The notes under the pieces are model-generated. The model searched no databases. It was not told the origin of the DNA and worked only from the letters and a program-made list of their open reading frames with translations. From the human T2T-CHM13v2.0 reference genome, Homo sapiens: a stretch of DNA of 64,000 bases. Position 1 is the first letter of the stretch, and each line of letters begins with the position of its first letter. Where the stretch lies: NCBI RefSeq assembly GCF_009914755.1, contig NC_060941.1. One strand, written 5' to 3'. The position numbers and the translations under genes were made by a program. Of the stretch, positions 12,400 through 24,830 are shown in pieces.

Positions 12400-13780
12400 A
12401 GTTAAGAACCCTTGCACATCAATAAAGAAATGACACCTCAAGATAAAAATGGAACAAAGTGAAGACCAGGTAATTCACAGAACAGAAAGTACAAATGGCT
12501 AACACACATGTGAAAAGATGCTCAACTTTGCTAGTAATCAGGGAAAAACAAAACACTAGTCCTTCGTTTATGCAGTCAACAGGAATTTTTGAGTGCCTGT
12601 AATGGACTAGAAGTGGTTCATTTGTCATCATCCAGATTGGCAAATATTTTAGAGCATAACATCAAGTGCTGGTGAGAGTATAAGGAAATAGGTACTCTCA
12701 AACATAGTGTGAGGGGTGAGAAATTAATACATACATTTGGAAAGCACTTTGGACAGCTCTTGGCAGAATAATGCTCCTACCCCAAAAATAGCCATGTCTT
12801 AATCCCCAGAGCCTGTGAATTCACTGGGTCACATGGCAAAGGGGAATTAAGTTTACAAATAGAATTAAAATTGCTAATCAGCCGATCTTAAAATAGAGAG
12901 ATTATCCTATATTATCCAGTGACAGCCAATGCAATCTCAAGGGTCCTTAAAAGTGAAAGAGGGAGGCAGATGAATCAAAGTCAGAGAAGGAGAAATAATG
13001 ACAGCAAGGTCAATGTGCTTTGAAGACTCAATCTGCCATTGCTGGCTTTGAAGATGGAGGAAGGGGCCATGGGCCAAAGAGTATGCACAGCCCCCGGAAG
13101 CTGGAAAAGGCAAGCAAGCAGATTCCCCCTAAAGCCTCCAGAAATAAATGCAGTCGTAGCAACACTTTGATTTTAGTGCAGTGAGATCCATGTCAGACTT
13201 CCAAGATAATAGGTTTTGTATTGTTTTAAGCTACTAAGTTTGTGGTAATTTATTACAGCAGCAATAGAAAACTAATATAGTTCTATTAAAATTTCAATGG
13301 AAATATATTGTGCCATTTGTCTCAGCAGTTACTCTTCTTGTTATTACCTTGGAGAATCACTGTGATTTGTATTTGAGGGGCCACAGTCAGGGATGTCTGC
13401 GGTGACATTGCTTGTATTGATGAACAATTGCAGGGACTTCAGCATGTTATCCATGAAATGGGATAGTAAGCAGATGTTAAAGTGAATGAAGCAGATCTGT
13501 AAGTACTGACATGCCAAATTCTTCAAAACAAAACACACAGAAGAAGCAAGTTGGAGAATATCACATCCAGTATATACCAATCATATAAAATTGTTACTCT
13601 CACACAATGAAATTATATATGTTAATAATCTATACAGGTAAATGGAAGGATGCATGCCAAATAAAACAGTAATAACCATGCAGAAAACAAACAAAACAGT
13701 TATAACCATGTGGAAGACTGTTGAGTTTGAAAAATTTATTCCTTATATAATTTTAAAACAAAATTTAATTGAAAAATAAT
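12400..13780 (+). mobile_element. L1ME-type 3' fragment interrupted by MLT1D
   Basis: aaatggctaacacacatgtgaaaagatgctcaactttgctagtaatcaggg...tgctggtgagagt...tttggaaagcactttgg; resumes at 13280. Confidence 0.75.
12761..13279 (+). mobile_element. MLT1D-like MaLR solo LTR
   Basis: ggcagaataatg...catggcaaaggggaattaag...tttgtggtaatttattacagcagcaatagaaaactaatata; TSD gctct/gttct. Confidence 0.9.
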
Positions 13781-14189
13781 GAGAGATCATCTGAAGACTC
13801 ATTCTCCCCAGCTCACATATACCTCTCCTTTGCTTTGGTCCACTTTAATGCAAAAGGACCTTGTGCTAACATGTCTGGGAAGAAAATGCTCCAGCATACA
13901 GGAGAAAGGATAATTTTGAATGACTGAATTCTCACTGGGGCTAGAAGTCACAGGACTCTCAGTTTTCTTAGTTCTAGCAAGCAGAGTTCTGGTTCTCTTG
14001 AGCCCCTGGTCCTACAGGGGAACGGCCAGGCAGGAATCAAGGGTGCACAGTCAAGGCTTTCTAGCACCTTCCCTACTAGCTATCCTATTACATTTTAGAG
14101 GACAACACTGAATGTTCCATTTCCCAAATATGCATTAACTTTTTTGTGCATAGAGCACTGCAGTGGCCAATATGGGGAATGGAAATCTT

Positions 14190-14460
14190 TCATAACTCAA
14201 TTCAAACATCACCACCTCTCCAAAGTCTTTCCTGACATTTCCCAGCCATGTCCCCAGGTAGAACCGAGCATCCTCTTTTTTCAGCTTTCTTAATGTTATC
14301 TATATTTATACTGAATGCTAGATTGCATTCATTGTTTTTACATATGTCTCCTCAACTAGACATACAATCTCTTGAATTCAGGCATAATGCTTTATTCTTT
14401 GTGGTATTTCATGCCTTCCAGATAATAGGGCCTTATATAGCAAGTATTGGATTATTATAA
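14190..14460 (+). mobile_element. L2 3' fragment
   Basis: ttcaaacatcaccacctctccaaagtctttcctgac...tgtctcctcaactagac...ctcttgaattcagg. Confidence 0.6.
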
Positions 14461-14516
14461 ACAGGATGTACCTTTTTACACTCAAAGGATTTACAATCCA
14501 GTGGATAAACAAAAGG

Positions 14517-14927
14517 TAGTATTGTTTGCATATGGTTTGTTTGGACCTTCCAAGTCTCATGTTGAAATTTGATCCCCAGTGTTGCAGATGGGGCCTAATG
14601 GGAGGTGTTCAGATTATGGGGGCAGATCCCTCATGTCTGGCTTGATGTCATTCTCAAGAAAGTGAGTGAGTTCTCACTCTTAGTTCCCATGAAAACTGGT
14701 TGTTGAAAAAAGCCTGGCACCTCTTCTTCTCTCTTTTGCCTCCTCTCTCATCGGCTCCCCTTCACCTTCCACCATGAGATGAAGTACCCTGAAGGCTTTA
14801 CCAGAAACAGCTGTTGGCGCCATGCTTCTTGTACAACCTGCAGAACCTTGAGCCAAATAAACCTCTTTTCTTTATAAATTACCCAGTCTCAGGTATTCCT
14901 TTATAGTAACACAAACAGGCTAAGACA
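14517..14927 (+). mobile_element. MSTB-type MaLR solo LTR
   Basis: tctcatgttgaaatttgatcccc...gagccaaataaacctcttttctttataaattacccagtctcaggtattcc...ctaagaca; TSD aaagg/gaagg. Confidence 0.9.
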
Positions 14928-14987
14928 GAAGGCAAGTTAAAACAAAAAAGATTGCATTAAGTTAAAATGTGACTTTCTCATGATAGA

Positions 14988-15161
14988 TGTGATGGTTACC
15001 TTTCTAGGGGATGGTGACTGCAGGGAGCATGAAGGTGGCTTTTGGAATGCTGGTCATATTCTGTTGTTTTGATCTGGGAGTTAGTAATACAGGTGTGCTC
15101 ATTCTGTGAAAATTTATCAATTATCTGTATGTATGTTCTTCTTCAATAAAAAAGTTAAAAA
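14988..15161 (+). mobile_element. L1ME 3' terminus
   Basis: gtgatggttacctt...gctggtcatattctg...tgatctggg...ttcaataaaaaagttaaaaa. Confidence 0.7.
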
Positions 15162-15164
15162 TTT

Positions 15165-15410
15165 TTCAGCTCCTCAGACAGGTCCATCTTGACCACTTTA
15201 TCTAAAATAGCTCCTGTTCTTGCCTTATTTTCCTTATTTTTTTCTTCATAATTCTTGTCACCCCATGGTATTATATTATAAATTTATGCCTTTATTAAAT
15301 CCATAAGGATTGGACCACTGTCAGTCTTTTTCATCACCATGTCCCCAGAGCCTGAAGTGGGGCCAAGCACATGGCCCTCAATGACTATTTGTTGAATTTT
15401 CTATGAATAC
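15165..15410 (+). mobile_element. L2a 3' end
   Basis: gaccactttatctaaaatagc...gtccccagagcctgaagtggggccaagcacatggccctcaatgactatttgttgaat. Confidence 0.75.
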
Positions 15411-15867
15411 ATGTAGTGACAAGGAATGAAGTATTGACTTTTGCTCAGTAACATCACAAAGGACACCTGATTTTAGTTGCATCATTAGGAGACTATTCTT
15501 ATCTAATGGATGAAAAATAGAAGGAGATAGATTGTGAGCTCACGGTAGTCATCATTGGACTGCAAAAGTACTTAAATAAATGTCCTTAAATTTTCCCTCC
15601 AAATGGGATGGGCCACAAAAATACTACCCAGGGCATTTGCAAAATCTAATTATCTTCTAGAGAAGTTTTTACTGAGTAAGAAATTTGTCTCAAGAAGGCT
15701 TCAAATGTTGATTTACTTTAAAGTTAGGCTTTCTGTTCTTTCTCATGATCTACCAATTACACAGGAGATAGCCAAGACGAAAACTGGAAAAGGAATAGGC
15801 AAAGACAAATAGTATCCTAGGAGGGCAATTTTCTCAGACTCTTCCGTTTTCTTGTTCTGTAAGGTTT

Positions 15868-16530
15868 CTTTTAAGCTATATTTTACAAACTGTACAAATT
15901 ACCCATTTAAAGTGTTCCATTCAATGGTTTTTAATATATTCATAAAGTTATGCAACCATCACCACAATCCATTTTAGAGCATCTTCATCACCCCAAAAAG
16001 AAACCTAGTACCTATTAGCAGTCCCTATCCATCTCTGCCAATTCTCCAGGCCTGGCTACCAGACTCATTGACTTTCTGATTCTATAGGTTTGCCCATTCC
16101 ACACATTTCTTATAATAGAATCATACAAAATGTTGTCTTTTGTGACTAGATTCTTTCATTTGGTATGATGTTTTCAGGGTTCATTTACATTATTGTGTTT
16201 CAGTATTTCCTTCCTTTTTATTGTAAAATAATACTCCAGTACGTGGATATACTACATTATTGTATCCATTCATCAGTTGATGGACATTTGTATTTTTTCT
16301 ACTTCTCAGCTATTATGCATAATACTACAATGAACTTTCAAGCACAAGTTTGCGAGGTCATATGTTTTAATTTCTTCTGGATATACATCTACAAGGGGAA
16401 TCTCTAGATCAGATGGTAACTCTGTATTTAACTCTTTGAGGAACTGTTTTCTAAACTGATCTCAAAAGTAGCCACAACATAGTACATTTCCAGCAGCAAT
16501 GAATGAAAGTTTTTGTTTTTCCACATAGTC
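15868..16530 (-). mobile_element. L1MB-type 3' fragment
   Basis: aattacccatttaaagtg...gttatgcaaccatcaccacaatc...atccattcatcagttgatggacatttg...tttgaggaactg. Confidence 0.85.
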
Positions 16531-16879
16531 TTTTAACTTTCAAATACATTTTTTGTAATACCTGATTTGCATATAAATATCTGTCATAAAATCAAATGGG
16601 TACACTTATATCTTAGAATCTGTGATATTTACTTATGTCCCTTATTAGTCCCTTACTAATATTGCTGCTGCTGCAACTACTGCTGCTATTGATGATGATA
16701 CATAGCATTTATTAAGGACTTATGATATTACAGTCACTGTTCAAGTATGTTACATGTGTTAACACACATTTAATCTTCCCAGCAATCCTCTGAAATAGAT
16801 AGTATAGATGAGAAATAATGATAACTTGTACTGGTGGAACAGTAGTGAGATATTAAGAAGCGAACATATTACATCATTT

Positions 16880-17710
16880 ATTTGTCTATTTACTCAGTCC
16901 ACAATATTTATTGAGCATGCACTCTCTGCTAGGCATACCGTGTAGTTTACCAAGTTGACTGTTATGAGCAAAAGAGATTTGGTCTCTGTCCTTAATGGAT
17001 TTGTAATCTATTGATTTGAAAGATATTTAAGAAATGAAATCAAGATGCATTTTTGATTAACTTGATATAGAAAGTGATGCACAAAAAGGTTTCCAGTTTG
17101 GGCAACAGGAAGACAGTTGTGCTATTTTCTTAAGGAGCATGGAGGTTCGAGGAGGTGAAAAGGTGGGTATAAGACAGAAAAAAATATGATTTCTATTTTG
17201 AACATGTTGATCTTTAGGGATCTGTGAGACATAAACAGTTGGAAATACGGGTTTGGAATTTAGAACAGAGATCTGCTCAATGTATAAATTTTGGAGTCCC
17301 ATAGATCACTGAAATCGTGGGCACAATTGCCTAGGGGAAGGGTAAAAAAATGATGTGATAAGACCTTCTAGGACTAGACCTTGAGGAACTTTGACATTTA
17401 AAGACGAGTTAAAGAAAGACAAGGCACTCAAGAAACAAGAGCTTGTAATGCTCCTGAAGTCAGAAGAAAAGTGTATTTCCTGGAAAAGAGCCATCAACAG
17501 TTGTGAATGCCACTCAGAGGCCCAGAAGGGTGAAGATGCTTTGGATTGAGAGGCCTGGCGGTTATTAGTGACTTTCTAGACAGCTATGTGGTAGGGTAGT
17601 GTGGGAGAGTACACCAGGCCAGTAGAACATGATGGAATGGAGGCAGAAAAATGTTATAACTCTTTTTAAAAGCTTGGTAGAGAAGAATCTGGAATAGGGC
17701 AGTAACTAGC
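16880..17710 (-). mobile_element. L2 fragments
   Basis: tatttactcagtccacaatatttattgagcatgcactct tail plus body sequence (ttttgaacatgttga, ccttgaggaactttgacattta). Confidence 0.7.
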
Positions 17711-17894
17711 AGGGAAAGAAACATGGTTCATTTTGCCTTTGACAGAAAATGCTAAAAGAGTACTTATGGCTATTGGTAAGAATTAAGTGAAGTATGAAAG
17801 TAATGATTTATGTTCCAAGTTCAATTATACTTTATTAATTTTGCCTGCACCTTTTGTGTATAGACTGAGCAAATGTTGAAAGTTTTACTAAGCA

Positions 17895-18085
17895 CAGGGT
17901 AGCAGAAGAACATGAACTACGTCCTGGACCTGTCATGTATAGATTAAGTTATTTAATAGCTTTAAGCTTCAGTTTCCTCATCCTACTTTTCAGGATTATT
18001 GCAATGATGAGAAATAGCATATGAAAAGTCATTATTATCACACCTGGCACATAGACAGCTCCCAATAAATGGCAGCACTTATTAT
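17895..18085 (+). mobile_element. MIR
   Basis: aagttatttaat...cttcagtttcctcatc...cacctggcacatagacagctcccaataaatggcagc. Confidence 0.75.
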
Positions 18086-18533
18086 TTCACTCCACACAGC
18101 TGTGTGATTTGTGTTCGTCAAATCCTTTCTCAGGTTTTCGTTGCTGGCAGGGATGTTGTTTCCATTAATCTAAGCTTCAAATAGCTAACTAGGTTTCCTG
18201 TTCCTAAGCCTAATTCTCAAATGATGCTTCATTCTTCCATCATCAACATGTATTCATTTTTTCAACATGGGTTTACCATTTCGATTACATTACTCAGCCA
18301 TATTTTTAATCATCTACTCTTGTCATCATTGTCATTATCATTCCATAAAAGGGAGTTCCCCAGCATCAACCTGCCATTCACAGCCCTGGGCTTACACTGC
18401 TTTACTTGATCTGTTTCTACATCTCACTCCATTCTGCCCTTCTACAAGCCACGTTTTCCACTGTTCTCTTATGCCTATCCTCTCATCACCCTTCGGACTT
18501 GATCTATGATATTTTCTCCCTAGAGTTGACCTT

Positions 18534-18686
18534 GATTCTTTTTAGAATGATTCTTATAGTCTTTGGCAATCTTGGGATATGCTATCCTCAGTTTAATCCA
18601 ACCCTTAGGATTTCTTTTAGAATGGTTCTAATGGTCTTTGGCAATCTTGGAATATGCCATGCCTAATGGAAGCCAACTCTTATGAC
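18534..18686. repeat. diverged 75-bp tandem duplication
   Basis: cttttagaatgattcttatagtctttggcaatcttgggatatgc recurs 75 bp later as cttttagaatggttctaatggtctttggcaatcttggaatatgc. Confidence 0.9.
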
Positions 18687-18799
18687 TCTCCTACCCAGGA
18701 AAAATGCCCACCTGATTACTGCCGCCTCCTCTGGACAAAGCTTGGACAAGCATGAAAATAAGAGAAAAATTGCAATGCCAATTGATACGATGAGTAATT

Positions 18800-19590
18800 T
18801 ACCTTGATAGAGAACTTCCTAGAATGCACTAATTGTTTCACAACTTCAACTGTCTTCTTGACACCTCCAATGATGGTTGCAGCATCACCTTGAATTCAGG
18901 AGGTTTGAGTATTACTTGCCATTATCAGCTCCATTTCTTAAGTGCTCACTTCCTGGCAGTATGCTATTTGTTCTTCCAGTCCAGACTAATATTAGAATTA
19001 GTCAAAACTCTAATATCGGTTTGATACCTATAACCCTTGCCCCATACCACCAACTCTACCATCATCCATTTAGTCATCATTACTCAAACTCTTTAATGAT
19101 TTTGAATTTATCGATTTTTCCCATTTCCCTGACATTTTAACCTATATCCTAGTCTTCCTAGTTCCTCACTTATAGCACTTAGTGATTAATCTTCTCGGAA
19201 CTGCACTTTGATCATATCACCACCCAGATAAAAATCCCTGTGACTCCATATATTTGAAAAATAATGTCCAGATGTCCCCATCCTACCCTTTCATCTTTTT
19301 AATGTCTTCCTGCTTCTTTTTAAAAGATCTTATTCCAAGCAGCGTGTTCTACTTGTTTTTTTCTTGGTGTCGCCCAGGAGTTGTTCTTGCTTTCTCTCCT
19401 TTGCTCATATAGTTTCACTCAAAAGCGATCATCTTCCTCAAGGCTCTCTTCAGTTGAACGTCTTTCAGAGAATCAGCGCCTTAGTGTTAATGATTCCCAT
19501 TCTATGAGCTAAGAGCACTCAGCTAGCTTAATCATGTCCTGGATGTTAGTCATGTAATGCCTTGTGTTTGCCTGTCTTTCATTTCTTAGA
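18800..19590 (+). mobile_element. degenerate L2
   Basis: ttcaactgtcttcttgacacctcca...catcaccttgaattc...gatcatatcaccacccagataaaaatccc...tttgcctgtctttc. Confidence 0.5.
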
Positions 19591-21143
19591 ATTTTACATC
19601 TGACAGCTTCTTAAAGATGACATTATCTTTGGCTGTTTTGCTAGAGGTAAAGTGTTCATTATACGGGGACTTTTGCTCTCTTGTGTGTGATTCAGCCTCC
19701 ACCAAGAATGTCACATCAAAGAAGGACAGTGACCAAATGAAATACGTACAGAGGGAGAGTGCTAGGGGAAAAAAAGGGTGGGGGAGAGGTCTGAATATGG
19801 GAATATTCAGGGTTGGTAGGTTGGACAGTTGTCTCCGCATAGTTATAGAAAAATATTTAGAGTTAGTCCATGTGACCCAGAGAATAAAGGGATCATTAAC
19901 ATTGGTTATATGAAAATATTTTAGCAATCAGTATAGCAGAAACAAGAATCAATTAGAAAGGATATTGGCTGTAGGTCCAATGTAGAGCCCTAGAGGGCCT
20001 CCTTGCTGTACTAGACGTGAAGCCTTTGGTTTCTGGATCATGACAAAGTTAGACATTCCTCAGGAAGGTGCTGGGGTTTTAGGGTAGCAGGGGTTGCTGG
20101 GGGGAGGTAGTTTGGGCAGTGGTTATCTAACACTAGTACAGAGGTGCTTTATAACTGACAAACATTCACTAGCACCTGCTAGCTGAAGATCAGAGCTGGC
20201 CAGTTAACAGGTTGACATTCTGAAACTTGGCATAGGAGGAACCTACCCCTAGAATTGGACAGTCTGAGTAGTGGCTTTCCGAGACTTGGACAGCTTTCAG
20301 AAATACTACCAACAGGAGGAAGATATAGGGAGATATATTCTCAGTAAAATATCATCTAAGTTTTAACCATTGGAGTTAATAGAGCATAATGTTGGCCTAG
20401 AAGACCTTTATGGCTCCTTCAAACCTTGAAATTACAGTTTTATAACTTTATCATAACCTACTTTCTTCATTTTATAGATGAGGAACCTAAAAGGAAGGAA
20501 ACGTGCCTGAGATCTTCTTTGTTGTCACTGTTTTACTTCCATATCATGGATTTGCTTTTCTATGTATATTTGTCTTGCTCTCTCAGCTGCAGTTTACTTC
20601 TTCTACTCCCTATAATGATTAGAAGCATAGTATGTATACACAGGATGTTAATAAGCATGTGATATATGAATGGATAGATTGTTCATCCCTGTCCACATCT
20701 CAAACTCAGGATCCCACAGAGAAAACTTCATTCATCCCCTACTCCCTTCTTCTGCTTCAGACTATTGGAACTCACCACTGCTTCTTCCGCCCCTGACCAA
20801 ATGCTAATGGAGGTGCTAATGAGGCCCTCTGGCCATCAGAAAGAAAGAGAAAGAAAATCAAATAGTCTAATTAATCCACAAATTATAGTCACTGAAAAAA
20901 AGTGGTCATATTTCCTATAGAAAGCCAGACAGGGACTAATGGGCACTAAAGCATTGGTCTTGGCTCTTGTGGGTGTGTAGTTTGGAGGTTACCTGTTGTT
21001 TTTTCAGGGATTATGAGGCACCACTTGGCTTCCATTTGGGTGGAGCTCACCAGAACTCTGTTCCAAGTCTGAGCTGTCTGTTTGCTTATTAAATGGAAAA
21101 GGAGGGCAGAGAGTAACCTCTTTGTATAAGGTGAGCCTAATAT

Positions 21144-21400
21144 TAATAGCAAACATTTATTGAGTACTTATTATGTGCCAGGAACTTTACTAAGCATTTT
21201 CCTTGGAGGAGTTCATTGAATCCTCTACCATTATTTCCCCTACTTTATACACAGGGAAACTGAGGCATGGACAGGTTAGGTAACGTGCTCAAGGTCACAC
21301 AATAAGTGGCTAAATATGTGGTCAGAGACATTTTAGCTAGTGCTAAATCTACCAGCTGCATTCTGTAGCCCATGCTCTTGACTGTTTCTGCCTATACCAT
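21144..21400 (-). mobile_element. MIR (near full length)
   Basis: aatagcaaacatttattgagtacttattatgtgccagg...gggaaactgaggcatggacaggttaggtaacgtgctcaaggtcacac. Confidence 0.9.
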
Positions 21401-21937
21401 GTTAACCAGAGTGGCTGCATCTTCCATCAGCGAACTCTGAGAATGCAGAACAGCTCCTGCCTTGAGCATCTCAGAGAGATGGGGCTGAAACATCACAGTA
21501 TGGGAGTTTAATGGATAGGCTTGAAGATGATGGGGAGGGCAGCGGTAGGAATATGCCAGAACCATCTGGTGGGTCAGAGCAGAAAGTGAGGGAGAGTGCT
21601 CTGTGACCTGTGTGACCTGTGTTCGGCAGGTTTAGAGTTCAGCCTCTTTCAGGACTCCCAAAAACACACAGAAGATTTTCACTATAGCAGGGAGCCGCAT
21701 GGGCCTTTATCCAGTGAGAATGAAGACAACTGCACTTTAAATTAGTATTGTAAGTGAAAAGCACATTTAAGTGTGAAATCAGTAGGTGTGCTAGGTTGAA
21801 AATCTAAGAAATGAGTCAAGAAGTTAGGAGTAATTAGGTGTAAAGAGAGACCTTGCTGCTCATGGATTAACAAACTCAAGTTTGTTTTTTTCTAAAGGCC
21901 TTGTGTACATTATGTGTGTGAGCCTGTGTGCATGACT

Positions 21938-21940
<3 letters not shown>

Positions 21941-21973
<33 letters not shown>

Positions 21974-21982
21974 CAGAGAGAG

Positions 21983-22013
<31 letters not shown>
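21941..22013. repeat. (TG)n(AG)n compound microsatellite
   Basis: TG run 21941-21972 followed by an AG run. Confidence 0.95.
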
Positions 22014-22017
<4 letters not shown>

Positions 22018-22219
22018 GCAAGTCACTGCAAGTCTACATGAATTATGAGAGGCATTCCCCAGTAGGCTTAGTCCCACTCTAGGGATTCAGTAAGAACCCC
22101 CAGAAGGCATCTCTTCTGAATTTGGGCTGGCAATTAGTCACACCTGCTGACCAGTAGACGAGGGGTCCATGGTGCGCAGAAAACCAAACAAGTATACCAA
22201 CTTTTAATCTAGGCCTGTA

Positions 22220-22365
22220 TTTAACAAACTCTAAGGTCCATGTAAATCACCTGGGGTGTCGAGTTAAAATTCAGGTTCTGATTCAGTAGGTCTGGGACGG
22301 GGGCTGAGACTACATTTCTAACAAATTTACAAACATTTTGCTGGTCTGTGAACCACACTCTAAAT
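22220..22365. mobile_element. MER5A-type MITE
   Basis: aatcacctgggg...caggttctgattcagtaggtctgggacggggctgagactacatttctaacaa...tgctggtctgtgaaccacact. Confidence 0.75.
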
Positions 22366-22379
22366 TCTACATAATTTTC

Positions 22380-22535
22380 TCTTTTTATCCTAATATAATG
22401 TGTGTGAATTTCCACATTTGACAGATAAAAGTGCTGAGGCATAGAGTACTGAATGATTTGCTCAGTCACGGAGCTGGTGGGTTCAGTCCATGTGTGATGG
22501 CCACAGAATCCATGCTGCTTCTGTTATACGCCACT
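22380..22535 (-). mobile_element. MIR
   Basis: ccacatttgacagataaaagtgctgaggcatagag...atgatttgctcagtcac. Confidence 0.6.
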
Positions 22536-23169
22536 GTAGCATATAAGCACATTCAAGCTGCAGCTTCTTTGAGACTCAGTGTGGTGGCATACAAACGTGG
22601 TCCTTGGTACTGAGACACAGGACAGGCCCCAGTGTCCCTGCCGGTTTACTCAGCCCACTGTTTTCTTGGGTCCCTGGATTTAGTGTATGCTGGGACAGGA
22701 GTCTGGCTTTATCCACTCTAACCCTCTTGTTCAGGACCCCAGTCAAATCCTAACCTAGGGTTTGGCCCACTTTCTATTGTCCCAATCAGACGCTCGGAAC
22801 AACTCTCATTACTTTTCTTGGACTAGCCACTAGACACAACTATAGGCCCTCACTCTGCCCCTTGGATGGAACTAATGAATTAGAATACCACTTGGAATAT
22901 TCTAGAGTAACAGGCCTGCCTTTGGGATTATTCATTTGCCATTACCAATCACACCCTCAAGGGGCCAGCCCTTTTCTCCCCATATTTTTAACCCATGCTG
23001 TCCTTGGTTCTCTTTCCTGGTCTCCGTGTGACCTCCTGACATGCCTAATGGCAAGGTGACACTATTTCTGGGATGGTCTCTAGCTTCCTGGGGCTAACAT
23101 TTTGGTTGGGGTAATGAATGCAAATAACCAGTCACTTGTCTCTCTGCTTTGCTCTTCTCCCCACTCTTC

Positions 23170-23475
23170 CCATCTTTAAATGCATAAAACCTGAGGAATC
23201 TACTGCAAACACCATTTTCCCATAGAACCTTTCCTAATCACCTCAACTTACATTGACCTCTCTTTTCTCTATACCCCTCTGCCCAACAACATCTTCCTTT
23301 CATGTGTCTCATAGGAATTGACACTTTTGACCTTTCACTATGGGCAGCCTGAGCTGTGACTTCCCTTGTATCTTTGGTTCCTCAAAGGGAGCTCCAAATC
23401 TGGTTGGTCCTCCTATCTCCAGCAATATGCTTTGCACATTGTATGTGCTTAGTAAATGGCTGTTAAATGTATGAA
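23170..23475 (+). mobile_element. L2 3' end
   Basis: ...ctatctccagcaatatgctttgcacattgtatgtgcttagtaaatggctgttaaatgtatgaa. Confidence 0.6.
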
Positions 23476-23654
23476 ATTATTCCAAGTGAGACTAATACTT
23501 GGTATAATGAAGGAACAAAAACCAAAGAGGTGGAAGAACAGTTGAATAAAAAGGAACCTGGGAAAAAAGGAGAAGACTCCCTGAAGGTCTCATAGAAGAA
23601 ATGAGATTGATCTCTCTTGAAGGGTGAGTAGGACTTCCATAGTGGGATTACTAA

Positions 23655-23910
23655 TAATTATAATGATAACTAAAAGGTATTGTGTGCTTACCATGTTCCA
23701 GATACTGGCTAGACCATGTGCTCATTTTATCCTCATCATAGCCCTGTAAAGTAAGTTGTTTCTATGATAGTTTCCATTTTACAAATGAGGAAACACAAGG
23801 AAAGGCACAGAGAGGCCAGTTCACTTTCTCCAGGCATGTGGATCGTTCGGTAATAAAGTTATGATTTGAATCCATCACTGGAACTCCACAGCACACACTT
23901 TGAATACTAA
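23655..23910 (-). mobile_element. MIR
   Basis: tattgtgtgcttaccatgttccag...ccattttacaaatgaggaaac...atttgaatcc. Confidence 0.75.
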
Positions 23911-24129
23911 TGTTCTAAGTAGAGATGGAAATGCTCCAGGCACAGGTAAAGCCATGAGCAAAGGCAAGACAAGAGAGGGAAGCAGCAATGCACCCCACAC
24001 AGCAGGGGCAGACAGGCCGGCAGGGGCCACCATGGTGCCAGACAAGGCTGGGAAGGTGGTCTGGGGACAGTCCGGGGTCATGTTTTCCCTTCATGAGAAT
24101 GAAGACTATGAGCCACAGAAAAGAAATAC

Positions 24130-24830
24130 CGAGTCAAATTTGCACGGGGAAGCATTATTTATGTGCTGTCTCTGGCCCCGCCCGGGGCTGCTGTTGTGTG
24201 GGGAACGAGGATCCCAGCCAGTGCCCCTGGACTGTTCTGTGGGCCAAGGAGCTCACTGCAAAGTCACACTTTGGAGAATAAAGCTGCTGGTGATGCCCAG
24301 AGTGGCCCAAATAAAAGTCAAATACCACATTCAGTCCTCCAGGGGTGTTTTTGCTATTAAATTAAGTCTGGAAAATAAATAATTGTCTTTGGATTTGATT
24401 TGAGAGATTTTTGGTCATTGAACACTCAGGAAAAAAAAAGGGGGGGCTATTTCTTGAAAGATTCCTTGACTGGCTCCCCCTGCCAGACGACAGCGGATCA
24501 CAATGAAGGCATGCTGTCTGCAAAGAGATGCTTTTCTCCCCCTTCTTGACACAATTATCCCAGAAAAATAGAGGGGGGAGGGGAGGCTTCGTCATATGTT
24601 CCAATTTTTATTGCTACATTCCTTGGATGGCTCCATATGTTTACCTTTTGCTGACTTTAGACTTGGTGTTCTCTGTGGCTGCTGGCGTCGGCCACAGAAT
24701 TCTTTCATGTCTATTACTTTATTAAGGAATGTAAAAGCCACATACAGACCGACCAGGGGACACAACAGTAGGAGACACAAATAACCCTGAATGCGCTGGC
24801 AAAGAGGAGGCTTCACACCTAATTCTCCCA
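24130..24830. promoter_or_regulatory. candidate enhancer (unique, motif-dense)
   Basis: Repeat-free with retained CpGs; GC box, TEAD x2, FOX, CATATG E-boxes, MAF half-site. Inference only. Confidence 0.35.

Noticed and set aside
10560-13780. Oppositely oriented homologous L1ME 3' segments
   Set aside because: Too diverged to pair; most simply two independent ancient insertions
19590-19646. 57-nt in-frame exon-like segment (NFTSDSFLKMTLSLAVLLE)
   Set aside because: Acceptor derives from an L2 end, donor gtaaag is mediocre, peptide unrecognised; probable pseudo-exon
23900-24382. 160-aa ORF
   Set aside because: Non-ATG start, 5' half lies in L2-like sequence, no recognisable protein
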